Part shown: in pieces, positions 63,311 through 64,000 of the stretch
Numbering within the stretch: the stretch's first letter is position 1
How the letters are laid out: each line of letters begins with the position of its first letter
Source: Podarcis pityusensis
Taxonomy: Eukaryota
Length of the DNA stretch: 64,000 nt
Reading direction: 5' to 3' (one strand)
Assembly (NCBI GenBank): GCA_964106645.2
Contig: OZ067044.1
Notes under the pieces: model-generated
What the model saw: the letters and a program-made list of their open reading frames with translations, nothing else
The model's database searches: none
Told to the model about the DNA's origin: nothing
Translations under genes and position numbers: made by a program

Positions 63311-64000
63311 GGGGGGAGGACTGACTGCAGTGCTGTTTTTATTGGAATTGTTTGTATTTTTACATATGTACATAATTTTCTTTCTCTCAGTGTTTAATTG
63401 ATTTGCCCCCCCTCCCGAATGATATTAAAGTGTGAAGAAACTTGCTCATGACATAAACCCATAGGAAACCCCTTGTATTCCCAGTCTAAAAATCGCACAA
63501 ACGCTTAGACAGCGCACATACATGCGCCCTTGCCCACATTTTTTGCTGTCATTCCTTTCCCCCGATTGTTCCGTTAAATGTAACATTTTTCTTTAAGCCC
63601 TGGTTAGACTTAGTTTGTCACTGTGAGGTTCCAATGTATAACATCTTATTTGTTGTCATGGAAGCACAGTTACAAGCTCAATGTCACAAAAGAGCCATCC
63701 TCCAACAAAACAATGAGAATTGGCAGAGCAACTCAGCAAGTCACCATCCTTCTGTAGGTTTTGAGGGAGGAAAAAACACAGCAGCCAGGCCTTTTGAAAG
63801 GGAGCAAGTGTTTAAATGTTCCAGGTGGCTTTCTTTCCTTTTAACCACTGCAGCTTTCCACTGAAGCAAAGAAATGGTGAGGCTGGAGTTCCTGTCCAGC
63901 AAAAGTGAATGCTGCTCTATCTCAAAAAGTATTGCATTTTGCATGATAATTTTTTTTTAATTATTATTATTACTATTACTATTCTCACTATTCAGTATTA

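Overview
This is vertebrate genomic DNA, almost certainly from a squamate and probably a lacertid lizard, judged by Sauria-SINE, BovB, CR1, L2 and Penelope-type repeats. The only credible protein-coding sequence is the large terminal exon of TSHZ1 (teashirt zinc finger homeobox 1) on the + strand. It runs from the acceptor AG at 51307-51308 through CDS 51309-54526 into a ~1.3 kb AU-rich 3'UTR. Positions 1-51308 are the distal part of the long first intron (exon 1 lies upstream of the window), containing many transposon remnants and several TE-poor blocks with PBX/HOX/MEIS-type motifs that look like enhancers. The strongest unexplained structure is a ~220 bp intronic insertion at ~33100-33319. 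It is a perfect 91-bp inverted repeat, bounded by a 15-bp direct repeat, whose sense arm carries a complete minimal hammerhead-ribozyme core of the Penelope-like-element type. Other notable items are a polyQ(14) tract in TSHZ1 that I do not recall in the human protein, tandem splice donors just after the stop codon, three miR-130/301-type sites, a MITE nested in the hairpin of a related MITE, and two ~97% identical Sauria SINEs with perfect TSDs. There is a 292-nt assembly gap at 37768-38059. Gene and repeat-family names come from recall, not database searches.
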